A DNA stretch of 64,000 bases from Takakia lepidozioides (Eukaryota > Plantae > Bryophyta): assembly GCA_030704615.1 (NCBI GenBank), contig CM060732.1, forward strand, positions 30,876,001 through 30,940,000, given 5' to 3'. The notes under the pieces are model-generated. The model made no database searches. It had not been told where the DNA came from and saw only the letters and a program-made list of their open reading frames with translations. Every line of letters begins with the position of its first letter. Within the stretch, counting starts at the first letter, position 1. Of this stretch, positions 24,611-37,809 are shown one piece after another. The translations under genes were made by a program, and so were the position numbers.

Positions 24611-27600
24611 TCACCAGTAATCCCCACAAGAACAAAGCCCATTTTGGAAGTGGTGAAAACGGTTGGCATCCCGTACAACAATTGCTCGCCCAACAATCTT
24701 TCAGATGAATTTTGTGGCGGTATGGCAATCACCACACACCCGTAGGTTCTTGATGATGTGGATAGGTGTCCCAGGGGGTGAGCTGATCAGCCCACAAGCA
24801 ATGGCCAGTTTCTCACTGTGGTAGCAAGAGAAGATTCCTTTTGCTCCTCCTCCACATTATACAATGCACAGCGTGTGTCAGGCAGGTACCCATCCTCCTT
24901 CATACACTCAGACAATCTCCTCACCTCAGCATGAATTTCCTCAATTTTAGGAGGTGATTTGTCGGCTACAACAAATTTATGCACCTGGTTGTCCACCTCA
25001 ATGCAGCTATGTCCCGGCTCCTTTTTGACTCCTCTATCCTGCATCATTTTTCTCACCTTCGCTGTATCGTCCCACATACCGGCAGCAGCATAGATGTTGG
25101 ATAGCAGCACATAAGTGGCAGCATCTTGTGGATTCAACTTGAGAAGGCATTTTTCTGCACGTTCTGCTACCTCCCATTGCCATGAATTCTGCAGGCGCCA
25201 AGCAAGGCACCCCACACCTCGGTACCTGGTTCAATTGGCATTTTGTTAATGAAATCATGTGCCTCATCCAATCGCCCTGCATGGCCAAGAAGGTCCACCA
25301 TGCAACCAAAATGCTCCAATGTAGGAGTGAGACCATGTCTTGACTCATAGAAGCAAAGTAGTAATGGCCTTCATTCACGAGACCTACATGGCTACAGGCA
25401 GAGAGGAGGGAGATAAATGTGATCCCATTTGGCTTCAAGCCTTCCTGTTGCATTTGTTCAAATAGCTGGAAGGCCTCCCTCACACCCCCATGCTGACTGT
25501 ATCCTGCGATCATCGCACTCCATGAGATCACATCCCTTGCAGCCATATTGTCAAACACTTGCCGAGCATCCTTCATGTTCCCACATTTGGAATACATATC
25601 GACAAGGGCAGTCTCCAAAATGATACCCAGCACAATTTGAGCTTTGATAATGTGATTATGGACCGCTTTGCCCTTTTCCAGGGCTGCCAGATTGGCACAT
25701 GCATTGAGAATACAGATGAACGTGACATTGTCAGGTATTACCCCTTCTTATATCATTTGCTCATACATCTTCAAAGCCTCCATACCACAACCATGCTGAG
25801 CATATCCTGCTATCATCGCCTCCATGAGACCACATTTCGCTCAGCCATATTATCAAACACTTGACACGCATCCCCACTATGCTCCCACATTTGGCATACA
25901 TGTTGACAGGCGCAGTTCCCAGAATGATGTCTTGTGCTATCCCAGCTTTAATGATGTCAGCATGGACCTCCTTGCCCTTTTCAAGATTTGCCAAGTTGGC
26001 ACATGCGTCGAGAATGCAAGTGAATGTGACCTTGTCAGGTGTGACCTCTTCTCGTATCTTTTGCTCATACTTCTTGAAAGCCTCCCTAACACACCCATGC
26101 TGGGAATATCCAGCTGTCATGGCACTCCAGGAGACCAAATCATGTTGAGCCATATTGTCAAACACTTGCCGTGCATCCTTCACGTTACCACATTTGGCAT
26201 ACAGAACGACAAGAGCAGTTTCCAGAATGATATCTTGTGCGATCCCAGCTTTAATGATGTCAGCATGGACCTCTCTGCCCTTTTCCAGAGTTCCTAGGTT
26301 GGCACATGCCTTGAGAACGCCAATGAATGTGACGTTGTTGGGTGTCATCCTTCCTGTATCATGTCCTGATATATCTCAAGAGCCTCCCTACCAAACCCAT
26401 CTTTCATATATCCTGCAAACACATCTTGTCCAGGGATTTTCGCAAATACATTGCGTGCATCCACCACACTCCCGCACTTGGCATACATGTTGATAAGGGT
26501 GTTTTGTAGAAAGATGGTTTGCTTGAATCCACTTTGGATGATGTGTGCATGCACCTGCTTTCCAACTTCTAGGTCTTTAGTTTTGATGCACTCCCGCAAG
26601 AGAAAGACATATGTATTGGTGTCTGCCACGATGCTTTCTTGGTTCAAAACGTGCAGTGCCCCTTCCAGGTGTCCTGCCTTACATACCATCCTCACATCCC
26701 CACCAGTGCCTGAAGAGAATTTGTGAACTCCCTTCATTGCTACTTTTTCAGAAACAGTGGCAGCGCCAGCTTCCAGCGATTGTTCCTGATTCAAACCTGC
26801 CACCCTGTATGACTCAAACTCTCAGTTACAAACCATCCCAGTAAAACACTCACACGATGCTATTTAACAGAGTCGAACCAATTTGAGTTGTTTGTTTCGC
26901 AACCTGAATAATCAACAAAACAATACCTGTCGTATTCTTGGCCTCCAGCTCCATGGTGTACATCAACATCAGGAACACCCCCACATTGCGCTCCATCTCC
27001 TATAATGCTGGATAGCTCTGCTTTCTCACCCAAGGAGGGTTTGACTGACCCTCAATCCAAAGGCCCTCATTTGTGCGCTTATGTCTGAAGTCTGGAGATC
27101 TTGGACTTTTCTGTGCAAACCACTCCTGTGCAGCTGAGAAGCCATAGCTTCAATAGTCTTGCATGTGCCAGGCTACAAACACCAAACCTCCAAATATCAG
27201 GAACAGCCTTGCACAGTGTACTTTTGGACAACCTCTTGATAGAAATAGTAAGGACTGCTTTTGATGCCTTCTTGAGTTGAAGAGCAAAACTATCATTAAT
27301 ATAAGCTACTGGAAATGCAATCGAATCCATGAAATCATTATGCCACTTCAGTCCTCCTTGACAATGTCTTACGATCCTCAATCAAGATAGCCTCACCTTA
27401 TCAAACCTGTTGTCCCACCACTGTGAAGGATCTGAGAAGAATTCCTCCCGTAGTCCTTCCTTGCTCTGTGATTGACCTGAGCGCAAGCACTCAACAACCA
27501 TAAGAACTTGTTTCCGATTGCCTCAGTCTCTATTGAGATTACAGATAAATCTTAGCTTCTCCTCATTGACCTGGATCTTATTGAACATAGAGATCTTTAG

Positions 27601-30424
27601 CAGCTCCTACTTCATGTGGATCTCAACACTCACTCTCTCTCAAGAATGCTGAGAATGGCAGTGCAATCACAGCCACATGTCTCAAATGTGGGCTGAAGCA
27701 GCACAGCCGAAATTAGCATAGTGTTCACTTGTATAATCCTATACCGACCTTTAAATACACAATGTGTCTTCTTTTGAGGTTCACTGTGGCCAATGGGTGT
27801 TCCACAGCTGAGTTTCCATACCTGTTGACCTGTGCCCTTGGCCCCGGGATGTTGCTCAGTTACTGCTTCATATCTGCAAGTTCTGATATTTTTATCTTCT
27901 GGCCACCGATTATAGACGTGTGTGTGAGAGAGAGAATGTACTCATAAGACATTGTTTGCCGTAGCCTTGAGGCCATGGACCCCGCCCCCAGTTTGAGCAG
28001 AACACAAAGGGACAGAAACTACCTTTGTCAGGGGCTGACGCCGGAGTATGACTTACTTGAAATAGACAATTGATCCAAGTTCTCCAGATATCCTCTAGGG
28101 ATCCCTTCACACAAGCATCAATCTGCTTTATGTGATTTGCCCAATAACTAGACCCCAGAAGGGCTTGGGCTTCTGGCTCAGCCTTGAGATTTTCAAAGTT
28201 GGTAAACAGAGGTACAGGAACAATTCCATTGATGGATTTGAAGAGGGTGTCTCTCTGGTGAGAATCCCCAGGACAACGAATCAGAAAGTGGAGATTGTCT
28301 TCAGGTTGCCCACACAATGGGCATTTGCATCCCCCTTTCCTCTCTGCGTCTGTTTGCAGTTCAAAGCTAGGCTTCCTGCCCTGAGTTTAAATTTCAGTCT
28401 AGTGCCGAGAGTGGGTAAGCCCTTAAGGTCATCCATGATGGCCTCACCCATGACACAGACTGGAAACAAGTTCAGGGAAGTTTTCTGCCTAACTTCATTT
28501 TCATCAGACAATTTCCAATTTCAGCCTGTAGTGTCCAAAGCCACGTCTGTTGCCAGGAAATTGTCTGAGAGAGAGAGAGAGATAGGGCTTGTCTTGTCAT
28601 GACAAGAAAGGATCTGTCAAGACTTGACCAGATCAGAAAGTATTTTTTGAAAAAACCAAGACAAAACTTTGCAAGGCACCATCACCCTTCTCCTAAACCT
28701 TGCTCCTGATTCGTTTCACACTTCTGGGTGATCGGGGTGGGTGGTGGGGTTTGTTAGAAACCCTTCAAAACCCCCCACCTTTCTTCATAGTGACAGACAT
28801 CATACTGAACAATATTTGTATCCACTGTACTGTCACACTGGGATTTCCAGAAAGCAGAAATTCGTGTTTTTAGCATGTCAATGACCTCCAAGTCAGCCTT
28901 AACCTTTACTTGAGCAAACCAGTGCTTTAAGTATAGAGATCTCTGCCACGACATATGTCTGAGCGTAGTATTTCCCTACGAGGATAATTCAGTTTCATTG
29001 AAGTAACGTCAAAATGAATACTTCCCTGAAAATCACACGTCTCAAAACTGAGATAAAACCCAAGTCTTCCACCATAGCCCAAAAGGGGTGTACTTCCATG
29101 TCTTGAAACAAAGCACACACAGAATTCAAAATGAAATCACTCATCTGGGCTGTAGACTGAGATTGATCCAAGTCAAGACAGGTCTTCAGAGTCTTCTGGT
29201 AACAGATCCCAAGGGCAGATTACTTCCGTAAATTCGATCCCTCAAGGAAACCTGAGGCTGGCGTCAAGCGCTGTGCCATTCTTCTTAGGCAGTGGCTGCC
29301 TCATGTGATAGGTGATTTCCACCATCTATCCAGTGTACTATGTAGCAAAACTTACACATACAGCTTAGAAATCCATGAAAAGTGAAGGACCCTCATGCGC
29401 CCGTCCCAAAAACGACCACATCCAACAGAATGCGTGTTAGTGAGGATGCGCGAGGTGAGTAGCAGGTCTTCACACTTGCTATCGCTGTCCAACATGCATT
29501 TCTAAGCAAGTGAAAGATTGCAAGAGTAATAGTAAAGGTGTGATATTGCACAGAAGCTTGAAAGTTTGAGGCAGACCAGTCTGCGACGCAGCATGTATCC
29601 ATTCTTGTAGCAAGAAGTAATTGCAAAGCACAGGTAAGGGCCAAGTGTAACCTCCTGCTCATGTCAACAGCTGAGCCAAAGCTTCCCTATAACTGCATAG
29701 GAAGCTCGACCAGCATAATGAAGGCTAGGCTGGGCTTAAATCTTGCTAGCCGCAGCCTTGTTGAAACTCTTGAAGGCTGTGAGCTGTGTGCCCGACACTG
29801 TCGTACTTTCAGGTAGCAGCTTAAATTGCAGGGTTAGGGTTCTCAAACCCCAGCACATGGGCAATAAATCCCACAAGGCTCTAGGCCAGGGAATGAATTT
29901 TGCGGCAAATGTCTACTTGTCAATTTCAGGACATACATAGGAAAAAATCGATTTATCCCACCTGAAATATTCTACCCAAGACTAAAGAGAGAGAGAGAGA
30001 GAAATTCATTCTACACAAAGTACGACCTAAGCAAAACTTGCCCGTCACACTAAAGGGGTGGTCAAAGGACGGAGAGAGATAGTCCCAGTATGCACTCCTG
30101 CGCAATTTCTGCTGGGGCACATGGACACCACAATGCCCAGCTCCCTCCGAACCACACAATTTAGAGAACCAATAAGGTGTGCAAGATTCATTTGTCTATA
30201 CCTCTCTTCATTACCCCTGGAGGCGTGGGAGGTGCAGCAGCTGTAACTCGCAAGGATCTGGAGGTTGGCATTGCCGAGCTGGACACCCACTTCAAGTCCA
30301 CAACCTGGCCCGTCAATCTGCTGCATGATGTGAGGGTTGCAGCCTGTTCACCGCAAGGCGAAGACAAAACCTTGGGTATGATCTCTTGCTGCGCGCTCAC
30401 GAGAGCTGCATCAGGCGAAGCCAT
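24611..30424 (-). pseudogene. Locus B: OSB-like/PDF-PPR-DYW pseudogene
   Basis: PPR-E-DYW exon 26804-24611 has many frameshifts and stops but keeps HSEKLA, CGDCH and CSCGDYW. PDF exons: 27476-27397 (GQSQSKEGLREEFFSDPSQWWDNRFDK) and 27110-26927 (KSPRSPDFRHKRTNEGLWIEGQSNPPWV). Putative ATG at 30424 after a 5'UTR intron (30535-30429). The 5' part is less certain. Confidence 0.8.
27930..28600 (-). mobile_element. 3' fragment of a LINE-like element (ORF2 C-terminal zinc knuckle)
   Basis: GTRLKFKLRAGSLALN followed by CGQPEDNLHFLIRCP..R and ..LEDIW. Bounded by (GA)n runs. Homologous copies lie at 63560-64000. Confidence 0.65.
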
Positions 30425-30883
30425 CCCTCTGTCAGAAAACCGAGAAGAACAAGAACGTTAATCATACATTGAATGCTAATCACGCTTTACCATAATACCG
30501 CCTTCAAATAACATTCAATTCAAAGTAGATTTCACCTTTGATGGATGATTTCACTGTTCGCAAAGAGGAGCCATATGGACAAGGTTTGGTTTGAAGAAGG
30601 AAAGATGCGAGGCAAGATAAGTGCGAGGGAGAGAAGGGTCCAGAAGGGCGGTGCCTTTCTGCGCAAGTTTCTGGGCTGCGGAAGGGTCCGCCTACCTACC
30701 CTGCAGCCGTGAGCCGTGTGTACATAAGATGAAGCAACTCCGTCTCCGGAGCACGCCTCAGCATAAGCTCATACAATTGTATTTGCCGATCTCGTGTTGT
30801 CTGACTTGTCTTCAGCTTTCAAGAGAGTTATCTGCGAGCGCTTCAGGATTTTTAGAATTGCTCTGCGTCATAGTGGAGACGCA

Positions 30884-31642
30884 ATGGGAGGGACAGAGGC
30901 GTTCCCAAGTCTAGGGAAGCATTGTAGTGAAGATACCTGTCACCAGCTCGATTTTCTTCCCTTCAAGTGTGACGCGTGCTTACAGGTACAGAGCAATCAG
31001 GTCCTCATATGAATTGATCAGCTCTACGTCAGTTGCTTGGAGATGTTATAGTTGAGAAGGCAAATTTGCTTACCTAGATGGAAGTAAAATATGTAGGTTG
31101 ATTATTGCATCAGTTGTTCGTCGACATCATAGCTTCTGACAGGCTACTCTTGCCATCTTGCATATGATCAGGTGTTTTGTCTTGAACATCGCTCATACAA
31201 ATCGCACAGCTGCCGCAGGGCCGATGTTAAAGACGTCAGTGTTCTCATCTGCCCAGTATGCGCATCAACCGTGAGAAAAGTTTTCAATGAAGACTCCAAT
31301 CTGACCTTGGAGAGACATTCTCGGACAAGGTGTGATCCCAGCAATTATCCGAAAGTTATGACAAAGCCAAAGTGTCCGGTCAAGGGATGCCGTGAAGTAT
31401 TGACCTTCTCCAACAAAGTAGCATGTAAAACCTGCAGGCAAGAGACGTGCCTGAAGCACCGTTTCCCGGCAGATCATTCATGCTCGAGCTCCAACATTGC
31501 TTTGCAGAAAAGACCAGTCACATCTGTGCCTGGGGGACTGTTTTTAGGATATTTGTCAGCCCGTAGTGGTACTCAATGTGGCAGCAGCAGCAACGACAAG
31601 ACGTTGGACCAAGAGAAGGGCTTACCGTTGAGGGCACACTAA
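30884..31642 (+). CDS. AN1-AN1 zinc-finger stress-associated protein (SAP12-like), 2 exons
   Basis: Exons 30884-30985 and 31172-31642 with GT-AG, phase 0. Motifs: [32 protein letters not shown] and C.VKGC...LTFSN...C..C....CLKHRFP.DH.C. Confidence 0.93.
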
Positions 31643-34526
31643 GCCTTTCCTTCTTCTCTGCAGCCAAGATTGGTGTATTGTGGAATGAAACACCCACACA
31701 GACTAGCTGATTTAATTAGAACACTGTAAGTGACAAGGGTGAAAGGGGCGATCTTTTCATAGATCTGGCATTTCTTAGGAAGCAGCGATTGTCTTCTTTT
31801 TTTTTTGAAGAAAACACCCGGAGCGATCTCTCACTGCAAGTCGGGCCCTTTCAAATACAGCGAGAGGAAAAATGAACCTGCTGAATTAGGTACTATCAAC
31901 AATCTTCCTCACATTCCTTACAAACAGACTTTTGGATTGTTTGTATGTTCCCGAACTTGGAACTCAACGACTACGTGAAGCCCCATGTGGTCCAAAAATA
32001 CAGGGAAGAATGGTCGAAGTCAGGAAAACCATGACTACCGCGGCCTGGCAGTCAGATATACTGCGTTATGTTGTAGTGCAAGGACTTTACACAACATCAT
32101 CTCTTTCCATTTTAAAGCAAATCCCTCTTGCTGGTCGATGCATATTTCTTCCATAAGATCTCCATTGAGAAAGGTTGTACACGTACATCCATATGATGTA
32201 CCCTCAAGATTTTCAACGGCAACGCAACGTAAGAATCACTCAAATTGACTCGATCTGTAGAAGGTGGGGTAGGTGGGAAGTAATTCCAACGGTCAATTTT
32301 ACAGGGACAGGTAGATTCTCAAGATAATTTTTTTGTGGGCTAGGGTCATGTTTTTCCACGAGAGGGTGAAAATGAGTTTTGGCACTTATGGGTTAACCCA
32401 CATCCTCTAAGTCTATAACTTGACTCCACCCCATCAGCAGCCGTCGAGCCATTATAATCCTCGATTCACTATCCTATCATCTATAAACATGTCAGCCATG
32501 ACCGCAGGCAACTTTCAAGCTGACAACTCAAACTCGTCTGCCTAACCCAGCCACCACCCACACTTTCTACGCAGGCTCCCCTCTCCTGGCAGTTGACATT
32601 TCCGACACACTGGGCTTCAATTTCCTTGGGACAACCGACCATCATATTTTCATTATCCTACAATGTGCTTCCATGGGTTGGTGGTCAGGAGGCTCCATTT
32701 CTTCCTCCATGGACTCAAGTCTAAGAAAGAGCCAAAATATTTCATCAGTTGCCAAGTTTGTGTTCACTCTTCAAAACCTTCAAGACTTCCTCCACAATCA
32801 TGCATACACCACCGCCTACATGTTTTGACTGGGAGAATCCTTCGTTGCCTCATCTCTCAGTAGTCTAGTCATCGTCCACCTTTCCATCCTCCCCATCTTT
32901 TGAAAGAGTTCGCAACATTCAAGAGTCCCAATTCACTCTGATTGCACCCACTACTGCCCTCCACAGCTGTTAAAGCTTCGAAATTATACAGAAGCCAACA
33001 CCAAGTGGCTACATCACTGCACAGATGTGCTTGTTGTCCACTCTCAAAGGCCCTCTCTGCAAAACATCCATTTCCATTCACATCTGCATCCACCACATGG
33101 TCCAAGTCTTCATTCTCTTGCTGGCCCAAGATTAATTGACAAGTTGCTCCCAATGCAAGATACCCTGGAGGAGATTTTGATGTTGGTATCTTTTGAAAGG
33201 GTGGGGGTGGGGAAGAAGCCGTTATCACATCCGGCTTGCTCCGATAGTAACTCCAGCTCTGTCATTGCTATATAATGTCATTTCTTGGACTTGGCTGGAT
33301 AAACAAGAATGGATGAATCAACTCTTGGAGACGATGGACTCTAATCATTCTTTGAAACAATGGGGTTTGTGAAGCATGATTCTGCAATCTCTAATAGAAC
33401 ATGCAAGCCCTACTAATAACTGCAGTTCACCATCCTACAAAGATTTGAGAAACCTTGTACAAATGAGGGGTTCAATTTCTATGACCCCTCTTCTATTTAT
33501 CTATCTGGACTAACTGCTACAATTTTCTCATACCATTTCATCTTACCCTTCCGTTTATTATCATGTAAGCCTTGCATCCTAGAAACTGAAACAAGGAAAT
33601 TCATCAAAGAGCTTCAGTGAGAGCCAGCTCAGTGGCAAGGGCTGGAAACCACTCATGGAGCAGTTTCTTCACTACATGGCACAGCTAGGTTACCACATTA
33701 GCCCGTATGCCCAGAAGGGATGCAGCAAAGCTACAGTGAGCAGGCTTGAGCTGGATATGATGCCAGGAAAATGAGGCCAGAAAGGTGCCTATGTTCCTGT
33801 GGAAGGCTTTGAATGACTTCTCTGTAGAGTCAGCATTGCTGTCTTATTGTGAATCAGTGATCATGGATGGGTCCTTTCCCTTCATGGAGAATTGCTCCAG
33901 CGGCTAGGAAGGAATTCTCAAGCACTGCTTGTGAGCTCCAGCAAAGCCCTTCATGTAAAGACCACTCTCTGGTCTGCTCCAGACCAAGCAGAAACACTTC
34001 TTGGCAGGCTCCCCTGCTTGCTTGGTCACTCCAACAGTCTCAAGCACTGCCAGTCCAGGTGAAGAATTATTGTTCACTCCAAACTTTTCGCATGTCAGCC
34101 ATCAGATCCTGAATCCATAAGGATGTTGAGAGGTGTAGTTTTGTTGCTCAGGCTGCTCTGCAGGACTTTCCACAAGGCCTGGACTTCGAAAAGTTTCAGT
34201 GTGAGGGAGCAGCTTCTTTGGCAGCTCAGTTTCCCACTTAACTTTTGGAATTTGGGGAGCAGGTCCCTCCCTTTTCGAAAAAAAAAAATGATCGACTGTC
34301 AGCTTAATGTATACTGGCGGGAAAAGCAATCCTTCCATTCCTCATCTTGTTCAGAGATTACAATAAATTCTCAAATTCTCACTTCCTTGCAAAACAGTTG
34401 TGCTCACAGTACAGCCAGTCATAGCTCACTTAGGATGGAAGAACAGACGTTGGAATTGCAGTACCTCTGAGACACCATCCTGGGTGCTAGTCAAAATGTC
34501 TGAATCAGCATCGTCCTCCTCTCTCC

Positions 34527-35384
34527 TCAAAAACCCTTCAACCAGGCCTTGGCAATTTCAGGGTTGTTAAATATGTTATCTGAAAGCTCCGCCAAAATTG
34601 CATTCACAGTAAGCAAAACGATTGATGAACCGAAAATGATGGCCACCACCACCCCTGTAGTTTCCAGCACTTTCTTAAACGAAGGCCACTCAACGAGTTT
34701 CGTCTCTTCCAGCACACCACCCCAGAAATCCGTGGTACTTGCAGGATTGCCTAGGCCTGCAGTCATCCTCTCTTTCCTGAATGCATTTAAAGCCTTCCCT
34801 ATCTCGTCCTCTGACAGCGGCCTCTCACCATCATCGGCGGTTTTGGTTGGAGTTTCTGCGTCCCTCTCGTCAGCAATAACTGCTGCCCCATCCATCACAA
34901 GCGCATTGTTCTCAGACGAAATACCAGCAGAATCCCCTTCCCCCGAAGCCCCAGCTTCTTCAACAAGATCACTACCAGCACTTCCTGACCCGGATCCTAC
35001 ATCCTCCTCAAATGGAACATCATCCTTTGAGATTTCCGGCGACGCAGGGGTCCTAGAGGAAGTGAGAACCCCGTCCGACAATGGAGGAGACGAAATCTCG
35101 GAAGTCTGTTGATTTCCTCTCGTCTGCTTCTGTGCGGCCGTCCGCACAGACCAGGAGGCTGGTGCATTGGCGCACCTCCTAGAGGCAGGACAGTGATCCA
35201 GTGGTGACGCAGCTGAGAAGGCAGACAAGGAAGATTTATGCTTTACAGAGAGGATTGTCTGTAGGGAGATCGGCAGACAGTGCCGGGCTGCCCTTGCTGT
35301 GGCTGCCACATTTCTGTGTGAAGGCTCCAAAATTGGAGGCAACACCGAGCCCACTGTAAACCCACTCCCTTCACTCGATCCCAT
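34527..35384 (-). CDS. SECE1: Plastid preprotein translocase subunit SecE1
   Basis: Ser/Ala-rich transit-peptide-like N-terminus. C-terminal FWGGVLEETKLVEWPSFKKVLETTGVV...LLTVNAILAELSD SecE signature. Start taken at the ATG at 35384. Confidence 0.88.
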   Translation of the reverse strand: MGSSEGSGFTVGSVLPPILEPSHRNVAATARAARHCLPISLQTILSVKHKSSLSAFSAASPLDHCPASRRCANAPASWSVRTAAQKQTRGNQQTSEISSPPLSDGVLTSSRTPASPEISKDDVPFEEDVGSGSGSAGSDLVEEAGASGEGDSAGISSENNALVMDGAAVIADERDAETPTKTADDGERPLSEDEIGKALNAFRKERMTAGLGNPASTTDFWGGVLEETKLVEWPSFKKVLETTGVVVAIIFGSSIVLLTVNAILAELSDNIFNNPEIAKAWLKGF

Positions 35385-35572
35385 CCCTCTCTCCGACTTC
35401 TCCAAACACCTCCCGCTCAGGATACCTGCAAAAACAAAGAAGATGGTGATGTGGGTAAGTATGCAACTAGCCTGTACAGGCATCGCCTTCACAGACAGTG
35501 CAAGGGATGAATATGTTATATGGGAGAGACGTCACCCTGGCTATCTGGTCAAATGGTAGTTTTCTATACTCC

Positions 35573-35581
35573 CTAGGGTTT
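35573..35581 (-). promoter_or_regulatory. Telo-box (AAACCCTAG) in the SECE1/CPN10 divergent promoter
   Basis: CTAGGGTTT lies between divergent ATGs 265 bp apart. Confidence 0.5.
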
Positions 35582-35648
35582 GGCATTGGAGAGGGGGAGT
35601 ATCGCGGCGTGCGCTGCAGTGGGGTTGTTGAGGGTGCAGGAAGGGGAA

Positions 35649-37809
35649 ATGGCCTTAGCGGCAAGGAGGTTAGTGCCACTCTTGGACAGGATACTGGTGG
35701 AGAAGGTCGTCCCCCCTACCAGATCTTCTGGTGGCATTCTTCTTCCCGATTCGCTGACCTCCTCCAAGGTAACTATTCAAACTGAAGGGGTGATGTACAG
35801 GGAAACGCATGGCCGCAATGCTGTGGTATCTATGCGTTGCAGCATTGTATATGTGAATTCGCTTTCTCGACCTCGTAGTCTTGGCGGCCTCCCTCTCTGT
35901 GGTTCTTTCTATCTTACTTTCCCTCTGTCTCTCAACTTCGTACCTTTCCTTCATTTTCTTGCTCCTGGCAATGACAGCGGTTAAACCGGAGTCGGTAGTA
36001 TCCCTGATGTTCTCGGTCTGGTTGAACTAGTTTCTTGTGCATTTGCATCTTATTGCCTAAGTCATCAGCGAGCGTTGCACTGTTGATTTTAATGTGAGAG
36101 AACCTTGCTTTAACGAAACGGAGGTTTCCACATGTTTCATGTTGGGAGGGAGAGGAATGTCACCTGCGTCTCTGCCTCCTGCTTGTCTGCTGGTTTCTTG
36201 CTTCACATAGACCCCACGCTTTCTGTTCCTGCTCACTTGATGTCAAGAAAAGTTTCCGTCCATGTAGACGTGGAATCACGTGCGTATGGTCAAGGTTGCT
36301 AGGATTGTATTTGGGTTAGTCTGGTGTGTTGACCCTGTTGCATAATAGCAAATGTGGCCTTTGTAGAGTCATATTTCTCAAAGCTGAACGTGAGTAATGT
36401 GGTCAGTTATGTAATCCCCGTACATTGGCACCAGGACGATTTCGAGATGTCCCAAAATGCATGTATTCTGTAGTATGTTGACCTTTGACCTTGCACTGCA
36501 CAGCCTTACCTGCTGCAGTCAGTCTTCCACCAAATCACGAGCATCTGTGGTCGTTTTGTGAAACATTATGATCTTCTTAAGATTACTGGTTCTGAGTTTC
36601 CAAACGGAAAGGGGGACTGATGAGTCTTATTTTTATAGTTTCTGTTTCTGTTTCATACAAATGAACTCTCCTTAACTTTTCCTGGTTGAAGAAATCTGGA
36701 AGAATCATGATGAGCAGGTTTGGCAGTTCAGTCACTCAGGATGAAATCCATGATGCAACCCTCAAGTACCTTAGTAATTTGTCATAGTATTCCCACACTT
36801 GAAATGATCCTGGTGTCAAAGTGAGTGGACCATTTCAGTCATCTGGCCTTCTGTTATAATGTGTTATTACCAGCCGTAATTCAAGTGGACATGGCCTTCA
36901 TCATCTGTGATATGTGGAGTTTACCTTGCCTACTTCCATGTGTAGGTCAATTCGGGAGTGGTTATTGCCGTAGGCCCCGGCAGTCGGACAAAAGATGGGA
37001 GCACAGTCCCTGTTAGTGTCAAGGAGGGTGACACCGTTCTCCTTCCTGAGTATGGTGGTACTCAGATCAATCTTGGAGAGAAAGAGTAAGACCACTCTGT
37101 CCTCGGCTTTCTTTCAGGCACAATTCTATCTGTGGGGCTGTTTTGGCAAAGGGCTAATGTCAAGGAATTAACAGAATGCAATCCTGTTGTATGGCCTGGG
37201 TGCCCTGTAAGTGCATATCTGACATCTTTACGCAAGAGAGATAATAATTCAACCATGAAGAGTTTTGTTGTATTTGTATATGCTTTAGAGTCCTCTAAAT
37301 TTTATTAATCACACATGTTCCGTTCAATCCTCATCACAAGTCTAGATATGGAACATTTGCCACTAGACTTTGGTCTTTCTTATTGCCTTCAGGAAGTGAT
37401 AGTGTTTTCTGGGATTAACTGTGCCAAATTATTTTTATTGCACTGTGTTCTTTCACCCTAGTCAGTAGTTAGGGCGAGTTTTCTTGCGTCAGTCAACAGT
37501 ACCATATAGGATCATCTAAGTTGGTTGGGTCTGTCTGTGTGAGGCTTCTGCCCTGAGATTGCAGTCCTGATATTTTGTGATGTGTGGGGCTCATGGTTCC
37601 ATTCCTCGTGATTGTGGGAAAGCAATCCTATGGGAGTACTTCTGATCATCTGGAAAATCCAGGGTCGGACCGATATGGAAATGCTGTACTCATGAATGGG
37701 AGGCCTGTAGGATGTTCTTGTTGTATGTGAACCTCATATGGTGGTGTTGTCAACTTTCAGGTTTCTGCTTTTCCGTGATGATGACATTCTTGGGATACTC
37801 GAGCAATGA
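35649..37809 (+). CDS. CPN10: Mitochondrial-type chaperonin 10 (GroES), 3 exons
   Basis: Exons 35649-35768, 36946-37085 and 37761-37809 with canonical splice sites. Motifs: PLLDRILVEK, GGILLP, VIAVGPG, VKEGDTVLLPEYGG, FRDDDILG. Confidence 0.95.

Noticed and set aside
32600-33360. Possible old L1-like LINE remnant
   Set aside because: Only vague similarity, with no recognisable RT or endonuclease motif.
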